Shown here: positions 46,000-55,585 of the stretch, in pieces
Layout: the number at the start of each line of letters is the position of its first letter
Numbering within the stretch: position 1 is the first letter of the stretch
Assembly: GCA_015064395.1 (NCBI GenBank)
Contig: SVSH01000012.1
Location: 364 to 64,363 of the forward strand
Source: Oscillospiraceae bacterium
Lineage (GTDB): Bacteria; Bacillota; Clostridia; Oscillospirales; CAG-272
Direction of reading: 5' to 3'
Length of the DNA: 64,000 nucleotides
Program-made: the position numbers and the translations under genes
The notes under the pieces: model-generated
The model's input: the letters and a program-made list of their open reading frames with translations, nothing else
Databases searched by the model: none
Told to the model about the DNA's origin: nothing

Positions 46000-47745
46000 T
46001 TAATACAGACCACGCTTGACGTAGGTGGTGTGCAGGATCTCGTGAGCCTTATGGCTGTTGGGCTCGCCCAGGAACTCGTCGTAGATCTTCTGGACAGCCA
46101 GGTTGTCCTGAGAGGTACGAATGTCAGCGTTCGCATCATCGTTGTACAGAACGGAAGCACGAACCTCGCGCAGATCCATGTTCATACGAACGGATGCAGG
46201 CTGAATGGGCTGACCGCCGCCGTTGACACAGCCGCCGGGGCAAGCCATGATCTCGATGAACTGAACGTCCAGTTCGCCTGCCTTGACCATGTTCAAGAGC
46301 TTCTTTGCATTACCCGTACCGGATGCAACAGCTACGTTGATGGTCATCTCTCCTACCTTGTAGGATGCCGTCTTGACGCCCTCAACGCCACGAACCTCGT
46401 TGAATTCCAGTTTCTCCAGCTTCTTGCCCGAGATGACCTCTGCAGCATAGCGGAGAGCGGCTTCCATAACACCGCCGGTAGCGCCGAAGATAGCGCCTGC
46501 GGAGGAGCCGATGGCAAAGGGATCGTCGAACTTCGCGTCATCCAGTGCGCGGAAGTTGATGCCGGCCTTCTTGATCATGCGGCCGAGCTCGCGGGTGGTG
46601 ATAGCAACGTCAACGTCAGGTACACCTGCCGCGGACTGATCTGCTCTGCCAACCTCGAACTTCTTGGCGGTACAAGGAATAGCAGATACCATAAAGATAT
46701 CCTTGGGATCCCAGCCCATCTTCTGTGCGTAGTAGGTCTTAACGATCGCACCGAACATCTGCTGAGGCGACTTGCAGGAGGACAGGTTGTCGATCATCTC
46801 CGGGAAGTAGTGCTCGCAGTACTTGATCCAACCGGGCGAGCAGGAGGTGATCATAGGCAGAGCGCCGCCGTTCTTGACACGGCCGAGCAGCTCGTTGGCC
46901 TCCTCGACGATGGTCAGGTCAGCCGTCAGGTTCATGTCGTATACGCCATCAAAGCCAAGAGCCTTGAGAGCGGCAACCATCTTGCCCTCGCAGTCAGTGC
47001 CGGGCTGATAGCCGAAGCACTCACCGATCTGGGCGCGGACGGAAGGAGCAGTGCAGATAACAACGTGCTTGCTTTCATCTGCCAGGGCCTCGAACACCTG
47101 GTCGGTATCGTCTCTCTCATACAGAGCACCAACAGGGCAAGCGACGATACACTGACCGCAGTTGATACAGGGGTTGTCCACCAGCTTGGACTCGAAGGCA
47201 CAAGCGATGTGGGTGTCAAAGCCACGGTCAACCGCACCAATAACACCGATCTGCTGAACCTTTGCACAGGTTGCTACGCAACGGCGGCAAAGGATGCACT
47301 TGTTGTTATCACGGATGATGGGACCGTCAGCCTCGATCTCGTAGTGGGTCATCTCACCGTTGAAGGTGGACTCCTCCACACCGTAGTCGCGGCACATCTG
47401 CTGCAGCTCGCAGTTGGTGGAGCGCACGCAGGTCAGGCACTTCTTATCGTGATTGGAAAGCAGTAGCTCCAGGTTCATCTTTCTGGAGGCAGCGATCTTG
47501 GGAGAGTTGGTCTTAACGACCATGCCCTCACTGACGGGGAATACGCAAGCGGTGACCATACGGAAGGGTCTGCCGCCCTCGGAGACCTCAACCAAGCACA
47601 GGCGGCATGCGCCGATCTCGTTGATGTCCTTCAGATAGCAAAGGGTCGGGATGTCAATGTGAGCAGCTCTTGCCGCTTCCAGAACCGTGGAGCCCTTCGG
47701 TACGGCATAGCTTGTGCCGTTAATAATAACGTTTACAGTTTCCAT
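46000..47745 (-). CDS. hydA: [FeFe] hydrogenase catalytic subunit (HydA, multimeric NuoG-like N-terminus)
   Basis: Trimmed to ATG 47745 behind AAGGAG. N-terminal 2Fe-2S and 4Fe-4S Cys motifs. H-cluster motifs TSCSPGW (variant), IPCTAKKFE, EIMACPGGCVNGGGQP. Confidence 0.9.
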   Translation of the reverse strand: METVNVIINGTSYAVPKGSTVLEAARAAHIDIPTLCYLKDINEIGACRLCLVEVSEGGRPFRMVTACVFPVSEGMVVKTNSPKIAASRKMNLELLLSNHDKKCLTCVRSTNCELQQMCRDYGVEESTFNGEMTHYEIEADGPIIRDNNKCILCRRCVATCAKVQQIGVIGAVDRGFDTHIACAFESKLVDNPCINCGQCIVACPVGALYERDDTDQVFEALADESKHVVICTAPSVRAQIGECFGYQPGTDCEGKMVAALKALGFDGVYDMNLTADLTIVEEANELLGRVKNGGALPMITSCSPGWIKYCEHYFPEMIDNLSSCKSPQQMFGAIVKTYYAQKMGWDPKDIFMVSAIPCTAKKFEVGRADQSAAGVPDVDVAITTRELGRMIKKAGINFRALDDAKFDDPFAIGSSAGAIFGATGGVMEAALRYAAEVISGKKLEKLEFNEVRGVEGVKTASYKVGEMTINVAVASGTGNAKKLLNMVKAGELDVQFIEIMACPGGCVNGGGQPIQPASVRMNMDLREVRASVLYNDDANADIRTSQDNLAVQKIYDEFLGEPNSHKAHEILHTTYVKRGLY

Positions 47746-47764
47746 GTTCCACAATTCTCCTTTC

Positions 47765-49591
47765 TCAGTGTTTGGAAATGGCATTGAACTTACAGTTGGT
47801 CATACAAGCACCGCACTTCACGCACTTCTTGGTGTCGATGGTGAAGGAAGCAAGCTTGTGACCGGGAGCGATGTAGTCGGTTCTGGTGATGCAATCTGCG
47901 GGGCAGTTCTTTGCACACTTGCCGCAACCGATACACTTCTCGGGATCAATGACGTACTGAACCAGCTTCTTACATACGCCTGCGGGGCACTTCTTGTCCA
48001 CAATGTGAGCGATGTACTCGTCGCGGAAGTAACGCAGGGTGGAGATAACAGGGTTGGGAGCCGTCTGACCGAGGCCGCACAGGGATGCGCTCTTGATGTA
48101 GTTGCACAGCTCTTCCATGCGATCCAGGTCTTCCATCTCACCGTTACCGGAGATGATCTTCTCGAGGATCTCGAGCAGTCTGCGAGTACCGACACGGCAG
48201 GGCGTACACTTACCGCAGGACTCGTCGACCGTGAACTCCAGGAAGAACTTTGCGATGTCGACCATACAGTTGTCCTCGTCCATGACGATCAGACCGCCCG
48301 AGCCCATCATAGAGCCGATAGCCAGCAGGTTGTCATAGTCGATGGGAGTGTCGATCAGGTGAGCGGGGATACAACCGCCGGAAGGACCACCCGTCTGAGC
48401 AGCCTTGAACTTCTTGCCGTTCGGGATACCGCCGCCGATCTCCTCGACGACCTCACGCAGGGTGGTACCCATGGGGATCTCAACCAGACCCGTGTTCTGG
48501 ATCTTACCGCCCAGAGCGAATACCTTCGTACCCTTGGACTTCTCGGTACCCATGGAGGAGAACCAGTCAGCACCTTTGAGGATGATCTGAGGAATGTTCG
48601 CGTAGGTCTCTACGTTGTTCAGAACGGTAGGCTGACCAAACAGACCCTTGACTGCAGGGAACGGAGGACGGGGACGAGGCTCACCGCGGTTACCCTCGAT
48701 AGAAGTCATCAGAGCCGTTTCCTCACCGCAAACGAATGCACCTGCACCCAGACGGATCTCCATATCAAACTTGAAGCCGGTGCCGAAGATGTCCTCACCC
48801 AACAGGCCCATCTCTCTTGCCTGCTTGATCGCAGTATTCAGACGGTGAACGGCGATGGGATACTCTGCACGGACGTATACGTAACCCTCGTCAGCACCGA
48901 TCGCGTAAGCGGCGATCGCCATAGCCTCGATCAGTGCGTGGGGGTCACCCTCCAGGATCGAACGGTCCATGAACGCACCGGGGTCACCCTCGTCTGCGTT
49001 ACAAGCAACGTACTTCTTGACCTGGCCACGGTTGTTGGAAGCAAACTTCCACTTAAGCCCCGTGGGGAATCCGCCGCCGCCACGGCCGCGAAGACCCGAA
49101 TCCAGAATGGTCTGAATAACCTCATCGGGGGTCATTTCGGTCAGCACCTTGTGCAGAGCGAAGTAACCGTCCATTGCGATATACTCTTCGATATTTTCGG
49201 GGTTGATCACACCGCAGTTACGCAGAGCAACACGGTGCTGCTTCTTGTAGAACTTGGTTTCGCTCAAGGAAGCGGCGACAGCCTCTGCCTCGGCCTTTGC
49301 ATCGCCCGTGTCGTTGTAGACCAGACGGTCAACGATACGGCCTTTGATCAGGTGCTCGTCCACGATCTCGGGAATGTCTTCCGTGGTAACGCGGCTGTAG
49401 AAGGTGCCTTCGGGGTAAACGATCATGATAGGACCAAGTGCGCAAAGACCGAAGCAACCGGTCATAACGATCTTGATCTCATCTTCCAGGCCCTTGGCCT
49501 TGAGTTCCTCTGCCAGCTTGTCGCGCAGAGTGGTACTGCCGGACGAGGTACAACCCGTACCGCCGCAGATAAGTACATGAGAACGAATCAT
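47765..49591 (-). CDS. hydB: NuoF-like flavoprotein subunit of bifurcating hydrogenase (HydB)
   Basis: GRGGGGFPTGLKW FMN/NADH site, C-terminal 2x[4Fe-4S] motifs, N-terminal thioredoxin-like 2Fe-2S domain. Confidence 0.9.
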   Translation of the reverse strand: MIRSHVLICGGTGCTSSGSTTLRDKLAEELKAKGLEDEIKIVMTGCFGLCALGPIMIVYPEGTFYSRVTTEDIPEIVDEHLIKGRIVDRLVYNDTGDAKAEAEAVAASLSETKFYKKQHRVALRNCGVINPENIEEYIAMDGYFALHKVLTEMTPDEVIQTILDSGLRGRGGGGFPTGLKWKFASNNRGQVKKYVACNADEGDPGAFMDRSILEGDPHALIEAMAIAAYAIGADEGYVYVRAEYPIAVHRLNTAIKQAREMGLLGEDIFGTGFKFDMEIRLGAGAFVCGEETALMTSIEGNRGEPRPRPPFPAVKGLFGQPTVLNNVETYANIPQIILKGADWFSSMGTEKSKGTKVFALGGKIQNTGLVEIPMGTTLREVVEEIGGGIPNGKKFKAAQTGGPSGGCIPAHLIDTPIDYDNLLAIGSMMGSGGLIVMDEDNCMVDIAKFFLEFTVDESCGKCTPCRVGTRRLLEILEKIISGNGEMEDLDRMEELCNYIKSASLCGLGQTAPNPVISTLRYFRDEYIAHIVDKKCPAGVCKKLVQYVIDPEKCIGCGKCAKNCPADCITRTDYIAPGHKLASFTIDTKKCVKCGACMTNCKFNAISKH

Positions 49592-49611
49592 ATCTGTTTA
49601 TTCCTCCTAAA

Positions 49612-49983
49612 TTACTTCTTCAGCGCACCAATGGTGTACTCGGTGACGACCTGGCCGCCCTTGATGTGCTTTTCGATGATCTCCTTGGCCTTGTCAGCCG
49701 TCATCTTTACGTAAGTAACCTTTTCTGCGTCCTTGGTGAACACCTCGACAACGGGCTCGTACTGGCAAATGCCGATACAACCGGTCTGGGTAACCATAAC
49801 GCTGTCGCCAAGTCCTGCCTCTGCAACGCCCTCGACGAACGCATTGAGAACGGGACGGGCACCTGCAGCAATTCCGCAGGTAGCCATACCGACTACGATA
49901 CGGGTATCGCCGCTGGAAGTACGCAGAACGACCTTGTTCTGCATTTTTTCCTTGATAGCTTTCAACTCTTCAAGTGACTTCAT
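49612..49983 (-). CDS. thioredoxin-like (2Fe-2S) ferredoxin domain protein
   Basis: Trimmed to ATG 49983. VGMATCGIAAG ... TGCIGICQYEP Cys pattern. Confidence 0.8.
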   Translation of the reverse strand: MKSLEELKAIKEKMQNKVVLRTSSGDTRIVVGMATCGIAAGARPVLNAFVEGVAEAGLGDSVMVTQTGCIGICQYEPVVEVFTKDAEKVTYVKMTADKAKEIIEKHIKGGQVVTEYTIGALKK

Positions 49984-50014
49984 GGTAGTAATCCTTTCGT
50001 TTGTTGTGTATTTT

Positions 50015-50575
50015 TTATTTATTAACTCCAAACATCGTTTGATACTGCTCTTTCAGATTGTCTCCGATCCAGGACAGTATCTCGGGCTCATTCAAGGGGA
50101 TGCCCTCAAGCACCTCGCGAAGCTCTTGGCAATCCAAGGACACTTCCCCGCTCTCCGTTTTGTGTCGATACACAAAATCGATCTCGGGGGAGCCTTGAAT
50201 GAGTGTTTTTACGGTCTCGACCATATCGCCAAGCGGAAGGAAATCAATGTGATCCTTGCCAAATCTTGCCGTTGTGGTCGTGCCGTGGTCGGGACCCCTC
50301 GACTCATGGACAGAGGTGATGGTCACCTCGCCCCCCGTCATCTCGGCCAGCATCTTCAAAAATGGGATGCCAAGTCCGACCTTTCTTGTTTTTCTCGTGG
50401 TAAAAAAGGGATCTGATAGCCGCATCAGCTGCTCTTCCGTCATGCCACAGCCGTTATCACGCACGAAAAACGTCAGCCACGGGCCCTCCTCGATCAGATC
50501 AACGCAAATGCGCGTCGCGCCTGCGCGAACTGAATTCATGGTGATATCCAGCACGTAAAGTGACAATTCATCCAT
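50015..50575 (-). CDS. GHKL/histidine-kinase-like ATPase domain protein
   Basis: NSVRAGA...VRDNGCGM...GLGIPFL N, G1 and G2 boxes. No TM segment or DHp domain seen. Confidence 0.75.
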   Translation of the reverse strand: MDELSLYVLDITMNSVRAGATRICVDLIEEGPWLTFFVRDNGCGMTEEQLMRLSDPFFTTRKTRKVGLGIPFLKMLAEMTGGEVTITSVHESRGPDHGTTTTARFGKDHIDFLPLGDMVETVKTLIQGSPEIDFVYRHKTESGEVSLDCQELREVLEGIPLNEPEILSWIGDNLKEQYQTMFGVNK

Positions 50576-51335
50576 GCGCTCCCCTCCCTTCCCTCGATAG
50601 ACCGGACAGGTAGTCGATCAGGCGATTGGTCACAAGCGATGACGAATAGGGCTCGTCGTCAAGCTCGATTGCAAAGCCGTCCTCGGCAATGTCAGTCAAA
50701 TAGTGGGCATCCGAGGACGCCACGAAAACCAGCTCTCGCTCGGTCAAGATCGGAAACCGTGCACGGCAATCCTCCAGCGAAGTAATGTCGTTCAACTCGA
50801 AGGCTGTGTAGGCCGGCTCGGGGGGGAAATCACCCAGCATGGCAATGATGCCGTTAGACGCGCGGTCGATATGAGCGGGATAACAGACGCCGCCGCGGGC
50901 ATGAACCTGTGCGAACGCCTCCTCCAGCGTAAGATCTACGGCGTTGATGAGCAGATACGGCTCCTCGCCGCACACCTCGTCCTCATCGTCGATGATGTAC
51001 TGGTGGCCGAAAATATCCGGCTCGTTGGGGATGCGCATCCGCTTCTCCTCGATCAGGTCGCCAAAGGACATAGCCGACTCCAGTGTACGGAACAGGCAGA
51101 CCACGTGGACGTCCTCCGCCGTTGTCAGCTCGACTCCCGCCACCGGAATGATGCCGTTGGCTCGGGCCAGCTTGAAAAAGGCGGGGCAATTCTTGACAGA
51201 ATTGTGATCGGTCAGGGCCACGATGCCGAGGCCGTTGAGCAGTGCCATTCCGACGATATTGCCCGGCGTCATGTCGTCATCTCCGCAGGGAGACAGACAG
51301 GAGTGGACGTGCAGGTCGCAGCGGTAGCGGCTCAT
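50568..51335 (-). CDS. PHP-domain phosphoesterase
   Basis: CDLHVHSCLSPCGD ... ALTDHNS ... SSDAH metal-ligand motifs. Confidence 0.8.
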   Translation of the reverse strand: MSRYRCDLHVHSCLSPCGDDDMTPGNIVGMALLNGLGIVALTDHNSVKNCPAFFKLARANGIIPVAGVELTTAEDVHVVCLFRTLESAMSFGDLIEEKRMRIPNEPDIFGHQYIIDDEDEVCGEEPYLLINAVDLTLEEAFAQVHARGGVCYPAHIDRASNGIIAMLGDFPPEPAYTAFELNDITSLEDCRARFPILTERELVFVASSDAHYLTDIAEDGFAIELDDEPYSSSLVTNRLIDYLSGLSREGRGAHG

Positions 51336-51676
51336 GCTTTTCTCTCCCCAGTCACGCAGGACACCCGCGCACAGATCTCATAGGCGGAAAGCCCCGTGGT
51401 CAGCACCGTGATGTCGTTGGCCCGGGCATTCCCCAGAGCCTCCTCCGACAGACGCACGTCCTCGGCCAGAATAATGGCCGCGGGCTCGGTCAGCGTTGCC
51501 ACCGCGATCACGTTGGTGTTGGACATAATGGTCACCCACAAATTGTCGTAGCCCACGTGGCTCATCGCACGGCTGAGAAGATCGCCGACGTACACGCCCT
51601 CAAAGGGCTTTTGGTCGTCGCCGCAGATCACTTCCGCCTCTATGACTTGGCTGATATCACGAATGGTCATCGCCAC
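51332..51676 (-). CDS. DRTGG-domain protein
   Basis: VGDLLS...VTIMSNTNVIAVA...AIILAEDV pattern. Paralog of 53465..53815. Confidence 0.7.
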   Translation of the reverse strand: MAMTIRDISQVIEAEVICGDDQKPFEGVYVGDLLSRAMSHVGYDNLWVTIMSNTNVIAVATLTEPAAIILAEDVRLSEEALGNARANDITVLTTGLSAYEICARVSCVTGERKA

Positions 51677-53003
51677 ACTTCCCTTTCTTTTCCGGACTCG
51701 GCCAAATGCGCTCGAACTCCCGCTCCAGGACCTCCGAATGGAGCTCCTTTTCCTTCAAAATGCGTTTGAGGATCACGGTGCACTCGTCGGCTCTTGCCTG
51801 GCACTTGACAACGTCCTCGGCAAACGCCATACAGCTGGGCGCGCCGCAGGAGCCGCAATCAAGACCGGGCAATTTACCCGTCAGCTCTTCGATCTCGCAC
51901 ATCATACGCATCGCCGTTTTTCTGTCGGGTGAGAGCGAGCTGTAGGGATTGTACTCCACCTTCTTCTCGTGAAAGTACTGATCCGGGATCCAGTCGCTGG
52001 CCGGACGGTTGGGAGACACGGGCAGATAGCGCTTGAGCGATTGCAGTCGCGCCTGGGCGATGTAGGGGTTTGCCACCGTCATCGCGCCGCCGACGCATCC
52101 GCCGCTGCAGGCATTCAGCTCAACAAAATCCAGAGTGGTAATATCCGCGCTGTCGATACGATCCAGAACACGGATACAGTTTTCGATACCGTCTGCCGCC
52201 AGATAGCGGTCATTGAGTATCGCGGAGGATTCGCCACCCGTTGATGCCCAACCGATACCGACGATGCCGGCCTCGGTGGTCTCCAGGGGCTCCTCCTTGT
52301 ATTTGTTCATTTTCTCAAGTATTGCGAAATACACGTCCCGGACGGAGACCGTCGCAGAGATGTAATTTCTCTCTCCTGCAAAGTTGTTTTTAACGTAACT
52401 GACCTTGGCAGGACAGGGCGAGATAAAGATAATGCCAATGTCTTCGGGAGACAGCTCCGGATGCTCCTCCATCACCTTCTCTCTTGCCAACAGAGCGGCA
52501 ATGTCGATGGGAGGGAGGATGGGCATGATATTCTCGCACAAGTAGGGGTAATTGGTACTGATCAGTCTGGTAATGGTGGGGCAAGCCGAACTGATCACCG
52601 GCTTTTTGATGTTATCTCGATTGATATACTTGCGAGTATAGGCGCTCACAAGCTCTGCCGCGCAGGCAACCTCGAACACGTCGTCAAATCCCAGATCCAA
52701 AAGGCCCCGGATGATATAACCGATATTATCGAGATTGTTAAACTGTCCGTAGAAGGACGGTGCGGGGAGCGCGACAGTATATTTGTAATCATTCAGCACA
52801 GAGAGACTGTCGTGCGTGGCCCGTTTGGCCTTCGAGGAGCATACCTTGATACACTCGCCGCAGTCGATGCACCTGGCGGAATTGATCACCGCGTGCCCAT
52901 CGTGGATACGAATTGCTTCGGTCGGGCAACGCTTCAGGCAAGCCGTGCAGCCTTTACACTTTTCGATATCCAACGATACCGAATGCTTGTAATCTGCCTT
53001 CAT
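51657..53003 (-). CDS. sensory-type [FeFe] hydrogenase-like protein (2x[4Fe-4S] + H-cluster domain + C-terminal Cys motif)
   Basis: Start set at ATG 53003 behind GAGGT (53024 possible). CKGCTACLKRCP / CIDCGECIKVC; H-domain motifs SSACPT, SPCPAKVSY, ELNACSGGCVGG; C-terminal CGSCGAPSC. Confidence 0.75.
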   Translation of the reverse strand: MKADYKHSVSLDIEKCKGCTACLKRCPTEAIRIHDGHAVINSARCIDCGECIKVCSSKAKRATHDSLSVLNDYKYTVALPAPSFYGQFNNLDNIGYIIRGLLDLGFDDVFEVACAAELVSAYTRKYINRDNIKKPVISSACPTITRLISTNYPYLCENIMPILPPIDIAALLAREKVMEEHPELSPEDIGIIFISPCPAKVSYVKNNFAGERNYISATVSVRDVYFAILEKMNKYKEEPLETTEAGIVGIGWASTGGESSAILNDRYLAADGIENCIRVLDRIDSADITTLDFVELNACSGGCVGGAMTVANPYIAQARLQSLKRYLPVSPNRPASDWIPDQYFHEKKVEYNPYSSLSPDRKTAMRMMCEIEELTGKLPGLDCGSCGAPSCMAFAEDVVKCQARADECTVILKRILKEKELHSEVLEREFERIWPSPEKKGKCGDDHS

Positions 53004-53040
53004 ATGTACCTCGATCGCTTTCATTAATATTTCGGATGGT

Positions 53041-53463
53041 TCAGAGCAAAACCTTCATGGTGACGGTCGTTCCCTGCCCGACGACGGTATCGATATGCAA
53101 TTCATCCGTATACTTTTTCATATTCGGGAAGCCCATACCGGCACCAAAGCCGAGATTGCGGATGTTGTCCTTGGCAGTCGAGTAGCCTGCCTGCATGGCC
53201 AACTCCACGTTGGGAATACCGGGGCCCTTGTCGGACAGGATGATCACGATCTCCTCATCCGAGACAATGACGTCCGCCGTACCGCCGTTTGCGTGGATCA
53301 CCATATTGATCTCGCCTTCATACATGGCGATTGACACCTTACGTATGACCTCGGGATCATAGGAGAGCTGGCGCAGCTTTTTCTTGACCATGACCGACGC
53401 TTCGCCGGCGCTGGAAAAATCCGAGCCGTCGATATCGAAATGGAATTTCAAGACCTCTGCCAT
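53041..53463 (-). CDS. anti-sigma-type serine kinase-like ATPase (HATPase_c_2, SpoIIAB/RsbW-like)
   Basis: Trimmed to ATG 53463. LSDKGPGIPN...AMQAGYSTA...GFGAGMGFPNM. Confidence 0.7.
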   Translation of the reverse strand: MAEVLKFHFDIDGSDFSSAGEASVMVKKKLRQLSYDPEVIRKVSIAMYEGEINMVIHANGGTADVIVSDEEIVIILSDKGPGIPNVELAMQAGYSTAKDNIRNLGFGAGMGFPNMKKYTDELHIDTVVGQGTTVTMKVLL

Positions 53464-53464
53464 A

Positions 53465-53815
53465 TCAGCCCTCAAGGTGTCTGGACAGGCCGGCCAAGTA
53501 CAGAATGCCGCTTGCTTCAAAGGCACGCTTATCGGTGCACATCACGGCAATGCCGAACTCTTGGGCCAGCGCAACCATATCATCCGTGGGTTTTTTGCTT
53601 CTCACGAAGACGATGCAAACCATGTCCATCATATTCGCGGTGCGAATGACCTGGGGGTTTACCAGTCCCGTGATCAAAACGCCCTGGTCCTTGACGTATG
53701 CCAGCACGTCGCTCATCATATCGCTGCAGCAAGCAGACGACACCTCATGGGTCAGCGTGGATTCATCCGTCAAGATCTCGGCGTCAAGAAGATCTCTGAT
53801 CTCACTGATTTTCAT
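53465..53815 (-). CDS. DRTGG-domain protein
   Basis: Trimmed to ATG 53815 behind GGAG. SDMMSDVLAY...VLITGLVNPQVIRTA... Confidence 0.7.
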   Translation of the reverse strand: MKISEIRDLLDAEILTDESTLTHEVSSACCSDMMSDVLAYVKDQGVLITGLVNPQVIRTANMMDMVCIVFVRSKKPTDDMVALAQEFGIAVMCTDKRAFEASGILYLAGLSRHLEG

Positions 53816-53863
53816 ACTTTGTTCTCCAAAACACACGCGGACAAGCCGCAGAATCAAAGACGA

Positions 53864-54361
53864 TTATTTCTGATACTTTGCCAGAATACCGGCAACGTCA
53901 GCCTTGGTCAGACGACCATAGACCTCGCCGTTGACGGTCAGGACGGGAGCCAGACCGCAAGCGCCGATGCAGCGGGTCGCCTCCAGAGAATACTTGCCGT
54001 CAGGAGAGGTGCTGCCAACGGGCAGACCGAGTCTGTCGGAAAATTCCTGAATGATGTCGCCCGAGCCCTTAACGTAGCAAGCCGTACCCAAGCAAACGGC
54101 GACAGCAACCTCACCGTTGGGGTTGAACTTGAACTGCGCGTAGAAGGATGCAACACCGTAAATCTCTTCCAGCGGGGTTCCTGTCTTTTCGGCGATGATG
54201 CGCTGAACCTCGATGGGCAGATAGCCATAGATTTCCTGCGCTCCCTGAAGGATGGGCATCATTGCGCCCTTCACGCCGTCGTACTTCTCGATCACTGCGA
54301 GCAGCTGTTGTTCCTGCTCTGCCGTGCCGTGGAAATCGACCGTAGTCAATTTCTTCTTCAT
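53864..54361 (-). CDS. hydC: NuoE-like 2Fe-2S subunit of bifurcating hydrogenase (HydC)
   Basis: MPILQGAQEIYGYLP and CLGTACYVKG...CIGACGLAP motifs. Confidence 0.88.
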   Translation of the reverse strand: MKKKLTTVDFHGTAEQEQQLLAVIEKYDGVKGAMMPILQGAQEIYGYLPIEVQRIIAEKTGTPLEEIYGVASFYAQFKFNPNGEVAVAVCLGTACYVKGSGDIIQEFSDRLGLPVGSTSPDGKYSLEATRCIGACGLAPVLTVNGEVYGRLTKADVAGILAKYQK

Positions 54362-54450
54362 AGCTTTGAGACCTCCTCAATGATTGAATTTTTGCGTGGT
54401 AAATTCGAATTGTATCCGCCCGCTCTCGCGAGCGCATACGCATACACTGT

Positions 54451-54459
54451 ATTATAACA
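54451..54459 (-). promoter_or_regulatory. extended -10 element upstream of the hyd operon
   Basis: Minus strand TGtTATAAT about 90 nt upstream of the hydC ATG. Only a weak -35 (TGGACT). Confidence 0.35.
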
Positions 54460-54560
54460 TATAAATTTTGAAAAGTCCATAGGGAAAGCGCAAAAAAACA
54501 AGGAAATTTGTCAAAAATTTGTCAGAGGAATACCAAAGTGGAGACAAGTAGCCGAGAAAA

Positions 54561-54594
54561 CGAAAAAGAGGCGGTCATTCGCCTCTTTTTTCTT
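54561..54594. terminator. bidirectional terminator
   Basis: aaaaagaggcg gtcatt cgcctctttttt, directly after the stop of 54595..55482. Confidence 0.75.
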
Positions 54595-55482
54595 TTATTT
54601 TCTCAACATCTTTTCCAGCTGAGCGACCTTATTCTGCGAATACTCGTAGGCCCCGCGAAAATCCTCGATCTCGCGGCAGCAAATCTCCAGGTCGCAGAAA
54701 ATGGCGTACATCAGCACCTCACTCCGGCAGTCGTCGGAATTCAGCAGATGGAGCAGTTCTGCCCGGGCGGATGCAAAATCTCCCCGGCGCATGGTAAGCT
54801 CGGCCTCCAGGTGCGTGTGCCAACCGTCTCCGCCCGTCTCGCGCAAATACGCCTCTGTGCGGCGCATCTCCCCTGCCTCCAGCGCCTCGCGCGCCAGGAC
54901 GTAGCGGGCAAAGGGGTCGGTGCTCCCGGGAAAAGCCTCCTCGCCGTCGGCCAGCACGTCGGAGTACAGCATAGCGGACAGGCCGTGCATAAATCGAAAA
55001 TACAGCGCCGCCGTTTGACGGATCGCCGAGGTGTCATACAGCGTGCGCCCTGCGTATTCGAGTGCTTCGTCCAGCGCCTCGCTTGCGCGGTGCAACGAGC
55101 CGCGGTGAAACTCCTCCTTGGCAATGGACAGAGAGCACTCGGCCATGATCAGATAGATCTCGTCGTCGGCCTCCTGTCCGTCCTCGCGGCAAAGCTCCAG
55201 ACAGATGCGGGCATCGCCCGAGCGAAGAACGCGGCGGATGCTGTCGATGCGGTTCATTTTGCGCCAGATGCGGTCGTCGTCCCCCTCGGCCAAGAGAAAG
55301 CCTGCGGGAACCCCCAGGCGCTCTGCCAGATACCAAACGGTAGGGAGCGAAGGAAGCGCCGCGCCGTTTTCGACCCGACTGAGCATATTACGGGTGATCT
55401 GATCTCCCGCCAGATCCGACTGCGTCATATTCCGGTTCAGTCGAAGTCGCTTGATCTTTTCCCCAATATCCGTCTGTGGCAT
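54595..55482 (-). CDS. XRE-family HTH regulator with TPR-like C-terminal domain (RNPP-like architecture)
   Basis: ORF 54595..56130 trimmed to ATG 55482 behind GGGAGGGAG. IGEKIKRLRLNRNMTQSDLAGDQITRNMLSRVENG HTH, followed by about 220 aa of helical repeats. Confidence 0.75.
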   Translation of the reverse strand: MPQTDIGEKIKRLRLNRNMTQSDLAGDQITRNMLSRVENGAALPSLPTVWYLAERLGVPAGFLLAEGDDDRIWRKMNRIDSIRRVLRSGDARICLELCREDGQEADDEIYLIMAECSLSIAKEEFHRGSLHRASEALDEALEYAGRTLYDTSAIRQTAALYFRFMHGLSAMLYSDVLADGEEAFPGSTDPFARYVLAREALEAGEMRRTEAYLRETGGDGWHTHLEAELTMRRGDFASARAELLHLLNSDDCRSEVLMYAIFCDLEICCREIEDFRGAYEYSQNKVAQLEKMLRK

Positions 55483-55505
55483 AACGCTCCCTCCCGACAA
55501 AAAAA

Positions 55506-55585
55506 CATCCCTTTTGTCACCGTTCGTTTGGTAAATGGCATTTACCATTTGCGCTATTTTAGCACACCATGCGACAAAAGGGATG
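55506..55585. promoter_or_regulatory. 13-bp perfect inverted repeat pair enclosing a 7-bp palindrome in the regulator leader
   Basis: catcccttttgtc (55506..55518) and gacaaaagggatg (55573..55585). Inner ggtaaat-ggc-atttacc (55530..55546). Confidence 0.45.

Noticed and set aside
47714-49714. 666-aa plus-strand ORF, plus 45913..47466 (517 aa)
   Set aside because: Both are antisense shadows of hydB and hydA. They have no motifs and a biased composition.
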